The notes below the pieces were generated by a model. That model was not told the origin of the DNA. It was given only the letters and a program-made list of their open reading frames with translations, and ran no database searches. DNA of 61,374 bases, the filler included. It is 6 parts of 6 records of this genome, joined end to end, with 100 filler letters (N's around TTAATTAATTAA, not from the genome) between each part and the next. Parts side by side here need not be neighbours in the genome. Positions count along the whole stretch, not along the records: positions 28,191 to 41,344 come from SRR31156797_22534; positions 41,445 to 49,972 come from SRR31156797_22575; 4 more parts are not named here. One strand, written 5' to 3'. The translations under genes and the position numbers were made by a program. Of the stretch, positions 37,787-49,300 are shown one piece after another. Positions within the stretch are counted from its first letter, which is position 1; every line of letters starts with the position of its first letter.

Positions 37787-39610
37787 ATGAATAAATCCCT
37801 TCTAGCGGTGGCAGTGGCGTCGCTGTGTTCTTATACCTCTTTTTCATACGCACAAGAAGCAACCGCTGATGAAACTATCGTTGTAACGGCGAACCGTTTT
37901 GGTCAAAGTCAGGCTTCAGTGTTAAATGCAACGACCGTGGTTTCTCGTCAAGAGATTGAAAACTATCAATCAAATTCCTTATTGGAACTACTTCGTCGTG
38001 TTCCCGGAGTAGAGATCGCCCAGAATGGTGGTCGAGGACATAATGCCTCTATTTTCATGCGTGGCACCAACAGTGATCACGTATTGGTACTGGTTGATGG
38101 CGTTCGTATTGAATCTGCTGCTGGTGGTGTTGCAATAAACCGTTTCCCTGTTGGCTTGGTTGAACGATTGGAAGTTGTTCGAGGCTCTGGCGCCGCTATG
38201 TATGGCTCAGATGCCATTGGCGGTGTGATTAATATTATTACACGCACACACCTAGGAGATAACCTTAAGCAAGTAAACGCAGGTGTTGGTAGTAATGCTT
38301 CCCGCCAAGGTAGTGTCGTTGTTAAAAATGATACTTCAGAGCAAGGCCACTTGCAGCTTGCTGCTGGTTTTGAAAACACCGATGGTTATGACATTAAGGA
38401 AACAGGGACAGGCGTTGACTACGGCTACGATAGCCAGAACTTGATGGGTGGCTATGAGCATCAGTTTAATCAGAGCTGGCTAGGTTATGTATCTGCAAGT
38501 TGGCTTAATAGCGACGTTGAGTACGATAGTTTCGGCTCTGTAAGTCACGGTTATTCTGATAATCAAAGTTTTACTGCGCAGTTGAATTACCAGGGTGAAC
38601 AACTAAGAAGTCTATACAGTGTTAATTACCAAAAGACTGAAGATTTAGATTATTCACAAAGTGAGGGTAAAGATAATGCAAGTACGCGTGCCAATATCAC
38701 TCTAGCTCAACTTCAATGGGCGAATCTTTACCAACTGAATGATAATGTTGAACTAGGCGCGGGGATTGATGGTCGTCGAGAGAAGTTAGATGGCGATGCT
38801 TTGAGCTACGGTTCTGCACATAATCTTGCTGGGGAAAGTCGCGATACATTGGGTGCTTTTGTTTCAGCGAAATGGAGTTTAGGTGATTGGGCATTGGAGG
38901 CTAATGCTCGTCATGATAAACATGATGACTATGATAAGAACACAACTTGGTCTACAGCGGTTGGTTATCAGATTAATGAACAGCATCTGGTTAGAGCATC
39001 ATATGGTACAGCTTACAAAGCACCGAGCTATTCTGATCTAACAACGACTCCTGATCTAAAAGCGGAAGAGTCAGACAATATAGAAATAGGTGTATCAGGT
39101 ATATATTCCTTTGCATCGTGGAATGTGTCTGCTTATGACAACCAAGTGGATAACCTTATTATTTGGTATCAAGGCGCAAGTGGGTGGTATTCAGATAATG
39201 TGAATGCTCATATCAAGGGTATTGAACTTGATGTTAACTTCGATACAGGTCCGATTAACCATACAGTTGTGGCTGAATTTAAAGATCATGAAGATGACAA
39301 TGGTGTTCAGCTAGCACGACGAGCCAAAGAAAACTATAAATGGATTAGTTCCGTTCAGTTTGGGGACTTCGATATTAACGCCACTTATACCTACACAGGT
39401 AAACGTTTGGATCTTCCAACGCCCCAACCAACGGCAGAAGACTATATTTCGTCAACGAACTTATGGGATGTCTCTGTAGGGTATTGGGTAACTGATAAGT
39501 TAGTGTTCAGAGGGAGAGTGGATAACTTGTTTAATGAACAGTACGAAACCGCTCTGACATATAAAGCTCCAGAACGTGCGTATTACCTAAATGCGAATTA
39601 CCAGTTCTAA
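37787..39610 (+). CDS. btuB: TonB-dependent vitamin B12 receptor
   Basis: Signal peptide, TonB box ETIVVTANR, RGTNSDHVLVLVDG, YGSDAIGGVINIIT, C-terminal YQF; riboswitch upstream. Confidence 0.95.
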   Translation: MNKSLLAVAVASLCSYTSFSYAQEATADETIVVTANRFGQSQASVLNATTVVSRQEIENYQSNSLLELLRRVPGVEIAQNGGRGHNASIFMRGTNSDHVLVLVDGVRIESAAGGVAINRFPVGLVERLEVVRGSGAAMYGSDAIGGVINIITRTHLGDNLKQVNAGVGSNASRQGSVVVKNDTSEQGHLQLAAGFENTDGYDIKETGTGVDYGYDSQNLMGGYEHQFNQSWLGYVSASWLNSDVEYDSFGSVSHGYSDNQSFTAQLNYQGEQLRSLYSVNYQKTEDLDYSQSEGKDNASTRANITLAQLQWANLYQLNDNVELGAGIDGRREKLDGDALSYGSAHNLAGESRDTLGAFVSAKWSLGDWALEANARHDKHDDYDKNTTWSTAVGYQINEQHLVRASYGTAYKAPSYSDLTTTPDLKAEESDNIEIGVSGIYSFASWNVSAYDNQVDNLIIWYQGASGWYSDNVNAHIKGIELDVNFDTGPINHTVVAEFKDHEDDNGVQLARRAKENYKWISSVQFGDFDINATYTYTGKRLDLPTPQPTAEDYISSTNLWDVSVGYWVTDKLVFRGRVDNLFNEQYETALTYKAPERAYYLNANYQF

Positions 39611-39619
39611 CTAAACTTT

Positions 39620-39645
39620 AAAAACCGCCTTTGGGCGGTTTTTTA
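39620..39645 (+). terminator. btuB terminator
   Basis: AAAAACCGCC-TTTG-GGCGGTTTTTT. Confidence 0.85.
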
Positions 39646-39716
39646 CGATCGGTGGGTAACTCGACTGATTGCCAATTGGCATAGAGCGAGTATGATCGCT
39701 CAGTTATCTTTCGTTA

Positions 39717-40523
39717 ATGGTTTTTATTGTGCCTGCTCAAACTGTACCTAAAGTTCTTATTTTCGATTCTGGTGTCGGCGGACTATCCGTATATAAAGAA
39801 ATCCAATCTTTATTACCTCAGCTTTCTTATACCTACTTATTTGATAATGCGGCATATCCATACGGAGAGTTAGAACAGACGACATTATTGCACAGAGTAG
39901 AGAAGCTTATTGCTGGGTTAGTTGAGAGCGATGGTTTTGATATTGTGGTAATAGCGTGTAATACCGCAAGTACTATTGTGTTACCTACATTACGATCGAG
40001 ACTAAGCATTCCGGTTGTAGGGGTTGTTCCTGCAATCAAACCTGCTTCTTCTCTTGCGAATAAAGCCGTTGGCTTAATAGCGACGCCTGCAACTGTAACA
40101 CGTCAGTACACTCATGATCTTATTCGTAACTTCTCAGCCGATATCAATGTTGAGTTGCTAGGTTCAACTCGATTAGTTGATATGGCCGAAGAGAAACTAA
40201 GAGGACGGGAGCTTGATTTAGAGGAACTGCAAAATATCTTAAGTCCTTTAATCGGCCAAATTGATGTTGCAGTATTAGGTTGTACTCATTTCCCGTTGAT
40301 CAGGAGCGAGATTCAACAAGTTCTAGGAAGTGGGGTAGTGTTGGTGGATTCTGGTGCGGCAATTGCCAGAAGAGTAAAAGATTTACTTAATATAGAAAAG
40401 AGTGTTTGCTCAGGGAGCAAACACTCTATATATGCAAGTGCACCTCCTTGGGAAGAAAGTGCACTGAATAACATGCTTGAGTCTTTAGGCTTTTCGACTA
40501 TTCAGCTTCTTCAGGATGCTTAG
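39717..40523 (+). CDS. murI: Glutamate racemase
   Basis: [37 protein letters not shown]. The true start may be GTG 39729. Confidence 0.97.
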   Translation: MVFIVPAQTVPKVLIFDSGVGGLSVYKEIQSLLPQLSYTYLFDNAAYPYGELEQTTLLHRVEKLIAGLVESDGFDIVVIACNTASTIVLPTLRSRLSIPVVGVVPAIKPASSLANKAVGLIATPATVTRQYTHDLIRNFSADINVELLGSTRLVDMAEEKLRGRELDLEELQNILSPLIGQIDVAVLGCTHFPLIRSEIQQVLGSGVVLVDSGAAIARRVKDLLNIEKSVCSGSKHSIYASAPPWEESALNNMLESLGFSTIQLLQDA

Positions 40524-40944
40524 GGTCGTTAGCAATTCTAACTTTAAGGGTTCTTTGCATGTAGTCGTGTTCGTTCAGAGCATCAATTGCGGTTTGAGCA
40601 TGCGTTGCAGCCATAACAACAAAACCGAATCCTCTTCTCTTACCTGTACGCTTGTCTTTCATTAAGCGAACAGCAAACACATCACCGTGCTGAGCGAATA
40701 GATCACGTACATGTGACTCATTTGCTTTGTACGGCAAGTTTCCTACATAAAGTGTTTTGGTTGGTAACGCTGAATCGTCCTCTTCGGAGGTAGTAGGTGA
40801 TGATTTAAATAGTGTGAATACAATCGTTGCTGCTATAACACCCACAATAAAACTTACAACTGGATGAATTGGAACTAGAGAAAATATTACACTGCCAATA
40901 ATCGCTAAGGCGATAACAAAAAACATTGGTTTATTAGAGTTCAT
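40498..40944 (-). CDS. RRM RNA-binding protein with N-terminal membrane anchor
   Basis: RNP2 LYVGNL and RNP1 RGFGFV; two hydrophobic N-terminal segments. Confidence 0.9.
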   Translation of the reverse strand: MNSNKPMFFVIALAIIGSVIFSLVPIHPVVSFIVGVIAATIVFTLFKSSPTTSEEDDSALPTKTLYVGNLPYKANESHVRDLFAQHGDVFAVRLMKDKRTGKRRGFGFVVMAATHAQTAIDALNEHDYMQRTLKVRIANDPKHPEEAE

Positions 40945-41137
40945 AAAAGAATACTACTTGTAAGAAATAAAATAAGACGCTTATCTACTATTAACAAAAT
41001 AGATACATGAATCTTACGTATATGCTTAGCCTTTTTCCAACCTAATGCTGTGACCCTCTTCAAATGTTGAAATTTTATTCGATAAACAGCGTGTTGCTGG
41101 CTTTTTAATCAAACGGAAAATTAATTGAAAAAAGTAC

Positions 41138-41330
41138 TTGTCATAATTCGCTACCTCCCTATAATGCCGCCTCACCGACACGGAGTGAGACGAACATCAC
41201 AACGTGTTTGGTAAGAGAGAAAATTAAGTTTGAAATAAACGTTGACTCTCAGAATTTAAAGCGTATTATACGCACCCCTAGCGACGAGGCTTTTAAAGCT
41301 AAAGTCGATAGGAAAAAGCTCTTTAACAAT
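41138..41330 (+). promoter_or_regulatory. rRNA operon leader: P1, P2 and boxA
   Basis: P1 TTGTCA-16-TATAAT with a GC-rich discriminator (41138-41165); P2 TTGACT-16-TATTAT (41242-41269); boxA GCTCTTTAACAA (41318-41329). The contig ends before the 16S gene. Confidence 0.88.
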
Positions 41331-41344
41331 TTAAACCTATCAAT

Positions 41345-41444
41345 NNNNNNNNNNNNNNNNNNNNNNNNNNNNNNNNNNNNNNNNNNNNTTAATTAATTAA
41401 NNNNNNNNNNNNNNNNNNNNNNNNNNNNNNNNNNNNNNNNNNNN
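41345..41444. other. Artificial contig spacer
   Basis: N44-TTAATTAATTAA-N44. Confidence 0.98.
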
Positions 41445-41445
41445 G

Positions 41446-42393
41446 GACGAGGATGAAGAGATCGAAGAGGTCGACGACGACCTGGATACCCTTGAGGTGG
41501 GAGAGGATGAGGAGCTGATAAAGGTCAGCAGGCTGACGGAAGAAGAGCTCAAGGCCCTGGAAGAGTTCAAAAAACAAAAAGAGCTTGCCGAAAACTTTGA
41601 CAAGGCCCTGGGAGAAAAGGACAAAAAGTACAACGCCTATGTCAGGATTCCCGAGGGCACCTACACCGTGGGCTCCACCCGGGATGCCAAAAAAACCCTT
41701 GCCCTCCAGCAATTGGAGATGCCCAAGGCCTTTATCGGCCGATACCCGGTGACCAACTCCCTGTTTGAAGTGTTTGTCGAACAGACAGGGTACGTCACAA
41801 CGGCGGAAAAAAAAGGAGCTGGCACGGTATTCCAGGGCCGGTTCAAAAAGGGCAAAGGATCGGCCCTGTGGAAAAAAAGCGCCGGCTCCACCCTGGTAGA
41901 AGGCGCATGCTGGTACCAGCCCCACGGGCCCGGCAGTTCCCTCCACGGCAAACGCAACCATCCCGTGGTCCAGGTCAGTATCGAAGATGCCCAGGTCTTT
42001 TCCTCCTGGATCGGCAGACGCCTGCCCTCGGAAGCGGAATGGGAAGCAGCGGCCAGGACCGACATGGGATTCAGGTATCCCTGGGGCAACCAGTGGGAAG
42101 AGAACGCATGCAACATCGAAAAAAGCGCGGTGGCAGACACCACCCCGGTCGACCAGTATGAAGACCATGCCAATGAATTCAGGATTGTCGACCTTCTCGG
42201 GAATGTCATGGAATGGGTTTCCGACCAGGAGCTGGTGACTGTCGAGAGAAAGGAACCCACACGCTTCAACATCGCCAAGGGGGGCGGCTGGATCGCCAAA
42301 CAGGATATCACGGTGACCTCCCGGGCCCTGTTCCGGCCCGACTTCACGGCCAACATCATCGGCTTCAGATGCATATCGAAAATTGACTTGTAA
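41446..42393 (+). CDS. FGE/SUMF1-domain protein, 5' truncated
   Basis: Acidic linker, then YPVTN, HPVVQVS..DA..F..W..RRLPSEAEWEAAAR, YPWG, GNVMEW and GFRC; open from the contig start. Confidence 0.88.
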   Translation, partial: DEDEEIEEVDDDLDTLEVGEDEELIKVSRLTEEELKALEEFKKQKELAENFDKALGEKDKKYNAYVRIPEGTYTVGSTRDAKKTLALQQLEMPKAFIGRYPVTNSLFEVFVEQTGYVTTAEKKGAGTVFQGRFKKGKGSALWKKSAGSTLVEGACWYQPHGPGSSLHGKRNHPVVQVSIEDAQVFSSWIGRRLPSEAEWEAAARTDMGFRYPWGNQWEENACNIEKSAVADTTPVDQYEDHANEFRIVDLLGNVMEWVSDQELVTVERKEPTRFNIAKGGGWIAKQDITVTSRALFRPDFTANIIGFRCISKIDL

Positions 42394-42462
42394 CCATTCA
42401 CCGTCAAGGTACAATGCGGAACCGTTGAAATCACAATTAATACTTTAGGAGAAAAACCACCA

Positions 42463-43575
42463 TTGAAACAGCCCATTATCAAAGAACGAATCAACCGGCT
42501 CAGAAACAGCTTTGCCGACCTTTTCGACACCCTTGTAATCCTGTCGGATGAGAACAGGCACTACCTGAGCGGCTACACCGGTGAGGACGGCAGCTATGAC
42601 GAAACCGCCGGGGTCCTCATCATCACACAGAATGACCTTATTCTTGCCACGGATTCACGATATGACACCCAGGCAAAAAACGAGACCGACCTCTACACCA
42701 TCCACTGCTGCAAAAACAGCCTGACCAAGGAGCTGCCCGGCCTTTTGAAATCCGTGGGTGCAAAGCGGGTGGGCATCGAGGGGGCACGCCTCACCTACCA
42801 GCAGTACCAGAAAATATGCGACGGGATCTCAAACAGCGGACTTGAAATGGAGTTTACCCCGGCCGATGACACCCTGCGCCCCCTTCGCGTCCGCAAGGAC
42901 CAGGAGGAACTCTCCAGGATCAAGGCGGCGCTGGCCATTGCCGAACGGGCCTTTCTTGAGTTCAGGGGCCGGATCCATGTGGGGATGACGGAAAAAGAGG
43001 CGGCATGGCTCCTGGAACAAACCATGCGGCAGATGGGTGCGGATGCCCTCTCCTTTCCCGTGATCGCGGCATCCGGCCCCAACAGCGCCCTTGCCCATGC
43101 CATCCCGGGAGAACGGCAATTCAGGGCCGGCGAACCCCTGCTCTTTGACTTTGGGGCAAAGCTGGACGGATACTGCAGTGACACCACCCGGACCCTGGTA
43201 ATCGGAGAGCCGGATGAAAGGTTTACGGAGATCTACGACATCCTGTTCCAGGCCCAGAAACTGGCCATCGATGCCGTTCGCCCCGGGGTCAAGGGAAGCG
43301 CCATCGACAAGATCGCCCGGGATTACATCGATGCCACCCTCTACAACGGACGATTCGGCCACAGCCTGGGACACGGCGTGGGACTTGCCATCCATGAAGA
43401 ACCGAGATTCTCAAGGTTCGACCACACCCCCCTCGAACCGGGAATGGTCGTGACGGTGGAACCCGGCATCTACATTCCCGAATGGGGAGGGATACGCCTG
43501 GAAAACATGATCCTGGTGACCGACCAGGGCGCGGAGGTACTGAACACCATGGACTACAGTGAGTTTCGGCTATAA
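42463..43575 (+). CDS. Xaa-Pro aminopeptidase (M24)
   Basis: [42 protein letters not shown]. Confidence 0.94.
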   Translation: MKQPIIKERINRLRNSFADLFDTLVILSDENRHYLSGYTGEDGSYDETAGVLIITQNDLILATDSRYDTQAKNETDLYTIHCCKNSLTKELPGLLKSVGAKRVGIEGARLTYQQYQKICDGISNSGLEMEFTPADDTLRPLRVRKDQEELSRIKAALAIAERAFLEFRGRIHVGMTEKEAAWLLEQTMRQMGADALSFPVIAASGPNSALAHAIPGERQFRAGEPLLFDFGAKLDGYCSDTTRTLVIGEPDERFTEIYDILFQAQKLAIDAVRPGVKGSAIDKIARDYIDATLYNGRFGHSLGHGVGLAIHEEPRFSRFDHTPLEPGMVVTVEPGIYIPEWGGIRLENMILVTDQGAEVLNTMDYSEFRL

Positions 43576-44463
43576 ATGGATTCCCTCATAGACCAATACC
43601 TGGCCCACCTGGCCCTTGAGCGGGGACTTGCCCCCAATAGCCTGGACTCCTACGCAAGGGACCTTGCGGAGTATGCGGACTTCCTTGAAACCAACAAGAT
43701 TCCGGATATCGGCCGGGTGGATACCGTGGCCATCCTGGGCTGGCTTGTCCACCTGGAGGCCAAGGGGCTCTCCCCGCGCTCCCGGGCACGGCACCTGATC
43801 GCGGTCCGGGGGTTCTACCGCTTTCTCGTCCAGGAGAAGCAGGCTGAGACCAACCCGTTGAAACGGATCGACATCCCCAAGACTGGCAGCAAGCTTCCCC
43901 AGTTCCTCACCTGCGACCAGGTGACAACCCTTATGGATATGCCGGACCGGACCACCCACAGGGGGCTCAGGAACGCCGCCATGCTCGAGATCCTATACGG
44001 AGCGGGCCTCAGGGTCTCCGAGCTCGTCAACCTCAAGGTGGAACAGATCGACCTCGAGGCCTGCTTTGTCAGGATCTTCGGCAAGGGGTCCAAGGAGCGG
44101 ATCGTCCCCATCGGCTCCCTTGCCAGGGAGCGGACCCAGGAGTGGCTCGAATGGGGACGGCCCTGGCTGTTAAAGGGTAATCCAAGCGCCTACCTCTTTG
44201 TGGCAAGGGCGGGCAAGCCCATGACCCGCCAGGGGTTCTGGAAACTGTTGAAAAAGTATGCCGCGGCAGCGGGCATCCGGGCCACGGTCTCCCCCCACAC
44301 CCTTCGCCATTCCTTTGCCACCCATCTGCTGGAGGGAGGCGCGGACCTGAGGTCGGTCCAGACCATGCTCGGCCACTCGGATATCGCCACCACCCAAATC
44401 TACACCCATGTCTCACGGCAATACCTGGTGGATATGCACAAGCAATATCACCCCAGGGGGTAG
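43576..44463 (+). CDS. xerD: Site-specific tyrosine recombinase XerD
   Basis: LERGLAPNSLDSY, RNAAMLEILYGAGLRVSEL, GKGSKERIVP, MTRQGFWK, SPHTLRHSFATHLLEGGADLRSVQTMLGHSDIATTQIYTHV. Confidence 0.95.
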   Translation: MDSLIDQYLAHLALERGLAPNSLDSYARDLAEYADFLETNKIPDIGRVDTVAILGWLVHLEAKGLSPRSRARHLIAVRGFYRFLVQEKQAETNPLKRIDIPKTGSKLPQFLTCDQVTTLMDMPDRTTHRGLRNAAMLEILYGAGLRVSELVNLKVEQIDLEACFVRIFGKGSKERIVPIGSLARERTQEWLEWGRPWLLKGNPSAYLFVARAGKPMTRQGFWKLLKKYAAAAGIRATVSPHTLRHSFATHLLEGGADLRSVQTMLGHSDIATTQIYTHVSRQYLVDMHKQYHPRG

Positions 44464-44606
44464 CGCCATCCACATGAAAACCGGGGGGGCCACGAAACGC
44501 CCCCCAATGGCGAAGGGGTTAACCTGATATTGATTCCTGAATCGGTTCTATGGTAGGTTGAGTGACTTTTAATTACCTTAACCCTATAAATAAAGAGAAA
44601 ACGCAT

Positions 44607-46250
44607 ATGATCATACAGACACCCCCGCCCCAAGGATGGTGGGCTCCGGGAGAAGAGCCGCCCGCCCACGGCGCCGACGAAATCAGAAAGGCTCTGATGC
44701 GGATTTCAAAACCTGTCTACCTTGTTGAAACCGAGGGCCGGACCGCCGTGGCCAACACCGGCACCGCCTTCCTTGGTTCCCATGAACACCAAGGGTCCCC
44801 CCTCTATCCCATCACGGCCTATGCCCCGGCGCTTCCCCTGGAAAACCTGGGCGACAAGGATTTCAAGGCAAGGCACCGGCTGAAATATCCCTATATCGCC
44901 GGCGCCATGGCCAACGGCATCACCTCGGTGGAGATGGTGGCTGCCATGGCCGAAAACGGCATGACCGGTTTTTTCGGTGCCGGCGGCCTCAGTGTCCCCC
45001 GTGTGGAAGCGGCCATGGTGGCGTTGAAGGAGCGCCTGGGCGACCTGCCATTCGGCTCCAACCTGATCCACTCCCCCGGGGATCCGGAACTTGAAATGGC
45101 CGTTGTCAACCTCTACCTCAAGCACGGCATCCGGCGCATATCGGCCGCGGCCTTCATGCGCATGACCCTGGCCCTGGTCTACTACCGGGTCAAGGGGGTT
45201 CACCGGGATTGCGCAGGCAACATCACGGCGCCCAACCAGGTGATCGCAAAGGTGTCACGGATCGAGGTTGCCAGGCATTTTTTCTCCCCGCCACCGGAAA
45301 AGCTCGTGGCGGAGCTCCTGGAAAAAGGACTCATCACGGGGGAGGAGGCAAAACTGTCCCGGTACATCCCCATGGCCCAGGATCTCACGGCGGAAGCCGA
45401 CTCCGGCGGACACACGGACAACCGGCCCGCCCTGGCCCTGCTGCCCACCATGATCGCCCTGCGGGACGAGTTCAACGAAAAATTTCGCTACCAGATCCCC
45501 CTCTGCGTCGGACTTGCGGGCGGCATCGCAACCCCCCAGGCCGCGGCCGCCGCCTTTCAGATGGGGGCCGCCTATGTGCTCACCGGATCGGTCAACCAGT
45601 CCTGCCTGGAATCCGCCACATCCAGGGAAGTCAGGACACTTCTCGCCCAGGCGGAGCAGGCCGATGTGGCCATGGCACCGGCTGCCGACATGTTCGAGCT
45701 GGGCGCCAGGGTCCAGGTGCTCAAGCGGGGAACCATGTTCCCGGTCCGGGCGGAAAAGCTCTACAAACTCTACAAGGACTACGATTCCTTTGGGGCGATC
45801 CCCAAGCGTCAGCAGGAGGAGATCGAAAAGAAATTTCTCCTCACCAGCTTTGAGGAAAACTGGCAGCAGACCCGGGCCTTTTTCCTGGAAAGGAACATCA
45901 AGGAGGTGGAACGGGCCGAAAAAGATCCCCGGTACAAGATGTCCCTGGTGTTCCGCTCCTATCTCGGGCTCTCCTCCCGGTGGGCCACCACTGGGGAAGC
46001 GAAACGGCGAATGGACTACCAGATCTGGTGCGGCCCGGGCATGGGCGCCTTTAACCAGTGGACAAAGGGAACGTTCCTTGAACAGCCTGAAAATCGCAAG
46101 GTCGTCGATGTCGCACTGAACCTCCTGGTGGGGGCCGCCATTACCACCCGGGCCGGCTGGCTCAGAAGCCAGGGTGCCACCCTGGATTCCCGGGCCGAAG
46201 GATTCAGCCCAATGGAGCAAGAGCGCCTGCTGGAGCTGATCTCTATGTAA
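44607..46250 (+). CDS. pfaD: PfaD family enoyl reductase
   Basis: YIAGAMANGI, AEADSGGHTDNRP, MAPAADMFELG..VQVLKRGTMF, DYQIWCGP; ATG at 44607. Confidence 0.94.
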   Translation: MIIQTPPPQGWWAPGEEPPAHGADEIRKALMRISKPVYLVETEGRTAVANTGTAFLGSHEHQGSPLYPITAYAPALPLENLGDKDFKARHRLKYPYIAGAMANGITSVEMVAAMAENGMTGFFGAGGLSVPRVEAAMVALKERLGDLPFGSNLIHSPGDPELEMAVVNLYLKHGIRRISAAAFMRMTLALVYYRVKGVHRDCAGNITAPNQVIAKVSRIEVARHFFSPPPEKLVAELLEKGLITGEEAKLSRYIPMAQDLTAEADSGGHTDNRPALALLPTMIALRDEFNEKFRYQIPLCVGLAGGIATPQAAAAAFQMGAAYVLTGSVNQSCLESATSREVRTLLAQAEQADVAMAPAADMFELGARVQVLKRGTMFPVRAEKLYKLYKDYDSFGAIPKRQQEEIEKKFLLTSFEENWQQTRAFFLERNIKEVERAEKDPRYKMSLVFRSYLGLSSRWATTGEAKRRMDYQIWCGPGMGAFNQWTKGTFLEQPENRKVVDVALNLLVGAAITTRAGWLRSQGATLDSRAEGFSPMEQERLLELISM

Positions 46251-46354
46251 AACTTTTGTCAAATCCATCCCCCTGCCTATAAAAAAAAATATCCATATAG
46301 TATCGTATGGATATTTTTTTTTACACACACACACTCATATCATTGGGGGATATA

Positions 46355-49300
46355 TTGCGAAATAAGAACGCTGTGGCAATTATTGGAATGGGCTGCATCT
46401 TTCCAAAGGCCAACGGACTCAAGGAATACTGGCGTCTGCTGCTCAACGGAGAGGATGCCATCACGGAAGTCCCGGAGGGAAGCCACTGGTCCCGGGAAGA
46501 CTATTTTGACAACGATCCGTCCACACCGGACCACACCTACTGCTCAAGGGGCGGATTCATCCCTCCGGTTTCATTTGATCCGGCCCGGTTCGGCCTCCCC
46601 CCAAACAACCTGGACGTAACAGATTCCTCCCAGCTGCTGGGACTGATCGTGGCCGAGATGGCCCTGGAAGATGCGGGCTACGGGTCCAAGGACTCCTTTG
46701 ACCGCAACCGGACCAATGTCATCCTGGGGGTCACCGGAACCCAGGAGCTGGTGATCCCCCTGGGAGCAAGGCTGGGCCACCCCGTATGGAAACAGGCGCT
46801 GAAAGACTCCGGGATCCCGGAAGACAAGGCCGCGGAAATCGTCCAGAGGATTTCAGGCTCCTATTCGGAATGGCAGGAGAACTCATTCCCGGGCCTGCTG
46901 GGCAACGTGGTGGCAGGAAGGATCGCCAACCGCCTGGACCTCGGGGGAACCAACTCGGTGGTGGATGCGGCCTGCGCAAGCTCCCTGAGCGCCGTCAACA
47001 CCGCGGTGATGGAACTTATCGAGGGCCGGTGCGACATCTCCATCTCAGGCGGGGTGGACACCCTCAACGATATTTTCATGAACATGTGCTTTGCTAAAAC
47101 GGGGGTCCTCTCCCACTCCGGTGACGCAAAGCCGTTTTCAAAGGATGCCGACGGCACCATTCTCGGGGAAGGCATCGGCATGCTGGTGATGAAACGCCTG
47201 GAAGACGCGGAACGGGACAAGGACAGGATCTATGCCGTGATCAAAGGGATCGGCACTTCCAGCGACGGCAAGACCGGCGGCATCTACGCCCCGGACGCCA
47301 AGGGCCAGCTCCGGGCACTCAAGGCCGCCTACGACCTTGCCGGGGTGGACCCGGCCAGCATCGAACTCATCGAAGCCCACGGCACCGGCACCCGGGTGGG
47401 AGACAAGATCGAGTTCTCGGCCCTGAAAGAGCTTGCCAAAGAAAGCAAAAAAAACATCCCATGCGCCATCGGATCGGTGAAATCCATGATCGGCCACTCA
47501 AAGGCCGCGGCCGGGGCCGCCGGACTCATCAAATCGATCCTGAGCCTCTACCACAAGGTGCTGCCGCCGACCCTCAAGGCCGAGGAGCCCGATCCGGAAC
47601 TGGACATCAATGCCACCTCCTTTTACCTCAACGACCGGTCCAAACCCTGGATTTCCGAAACAGGAGGCCCCAGGCGCTCCGGCATCAGCGCCTTTGGCTT
47701 CGGCGGCAGTAATTTCCATGCAGTGGTCGAGGAATATGACCGCAACAAGCCCCATGTTTCCTGGGACGGCACGGTCCAGATCGCAGCCTTTTCAGCCCCC
47801 TCCAAGGAGGCGCTCACCCCAAAACTCAACGAATTCATGGAAGCCCTTGCCAAGGCAAAGGAGTGGGATTCACGGGAGCTGTCCCAGGAGATCGGATGGC
47901 TTACTGCCCAGACAAGAAAAACCTTCTCCGGCAAGGATGAGGCAAGGCTTCTGATCCTCATCAAGGAGGGTGACGATCCCGCCGAGGTGATACGGACGGC
48001 CCGTTCCCTTCTTCAAACCGAAGAGGCGTCCTCCTGGTCAAAACAGAACATCTATCTGGGGTCAGGCAAACAAAAGGGAAAACTCGCCTTTCTCTTTCCC
48101 GGCCAGGGCAGCCAGTACACGGGAATGGGGAAAGACCTTACCGGCATTTTTCCGGAAGCCATGGAAGCCCTTGAGGCGTCGGAAGCGCATTTCACAAAGG
48201 AATGGGAAGATAAAAAGCAGCCCCTGCACAGCTACATTTTTCCCCCGCCCCCCCATCGTCAGGACAAAAAAACAAGCGAAGAGATGCTCAGGAGCACCGA
48301 TGTGGCCCAGCCGGCCCTGGGCGGTATAAGCCTTGCCATGGCCGCCGTGCTCAAGCGCTTCAACATCCGGCCGGACGCGGCCTGCGGCCACAGTTTCGGC
48401 GAACTTCCGGCCCTCTGGTGCGCCGACCGGCTGGACAGGGACGCCCTGTTCTCCCTTGCCTGTGCCAGGGGGCGCTACATGGCCGAATCCTCGGGAGCAT
48501 CCGGGGAGAAAGGGAGCATGCTCGCGGTAAAAGCCCCCCTTGTTGATATCGAAGCCTTCATCAAGGAAGAAAACCTCGACCTTGTGCTGGCCAACCGGAA
48601 CAGCCACGACCAGGGCGTACTCTCCGGAAAGACCGACCAGATTAAAAAGGCCCTGAAGCTATGCCGAAAAAGGAAGATGAGAGCCGTGCAGCTTCCCGTG
48701 GCAGCCGCCTTCCACAGCGCCCTTGTGGAAAACGCGGCCCAACCTTTCAAGGAGCGCCTCCAGGGATTTGCCATCAACCCGGCCACGGTGCCGGTCTATT
48801 CCAACACCACGGGCGCCCCCTATCCCGGGGATAAAGACAAGGCAAAGGAGATCCTCGGCAACCAGCTCCTGAACTCGGTCAAGTTTGTGGACAACATCGA
48901 AGCCATGGTTGAGAACGACATCACCACCTTTGTGGAGGTGGGGCCCAAGAACGTGCTCACGGGCCTGACACGATCCATCCTCAAGGGAAAGGACTTCACC
49001 GCCATGGCCGTGGACGGTTCCGGGGGCAGAAAATCCGGCATCGAGGACCTGGCCAAGGTGCTTTGCGAACTCTCCGCCCTGGGTTTACCCGTTGATCTTA
49101 CCCAATGGGAAGAGGAGATCGAAAAACCCAGGAAAAAGATGATGCGGATCCCCCTGACCGGCGCCAACATCAAGCCCAAGCCGGGCTGTGACCTGCCGCC
49201 GTCCAAACCCATGGATGAAAAACCCGCTGAAGAAACGAACGTCCCTCCAACACAACCAGCTCCCGGGCCGGAACCGGCACCAGAGCCCCCGGCAGAGAGC

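Noticed and set aside
41331-41344. 16S rRNA gene
   Set aside because: Only the promoters and leader are present; the contig ends before any mature rRNA sequence.
41446-42393. FGE (C-type lectin fold) domain as a DGR target
   Set aside because: No template repeat or reverse transcriptase nearby; the gene is followed by housekeeping genes.
43576-44463. Tyrosine recombinase as a mobile-element integrase for the pfa cluster
   Set aside because: Sequence motifs are those of housekeeping XerD, and it directly abuts a peptidase gene; no att sites seen.
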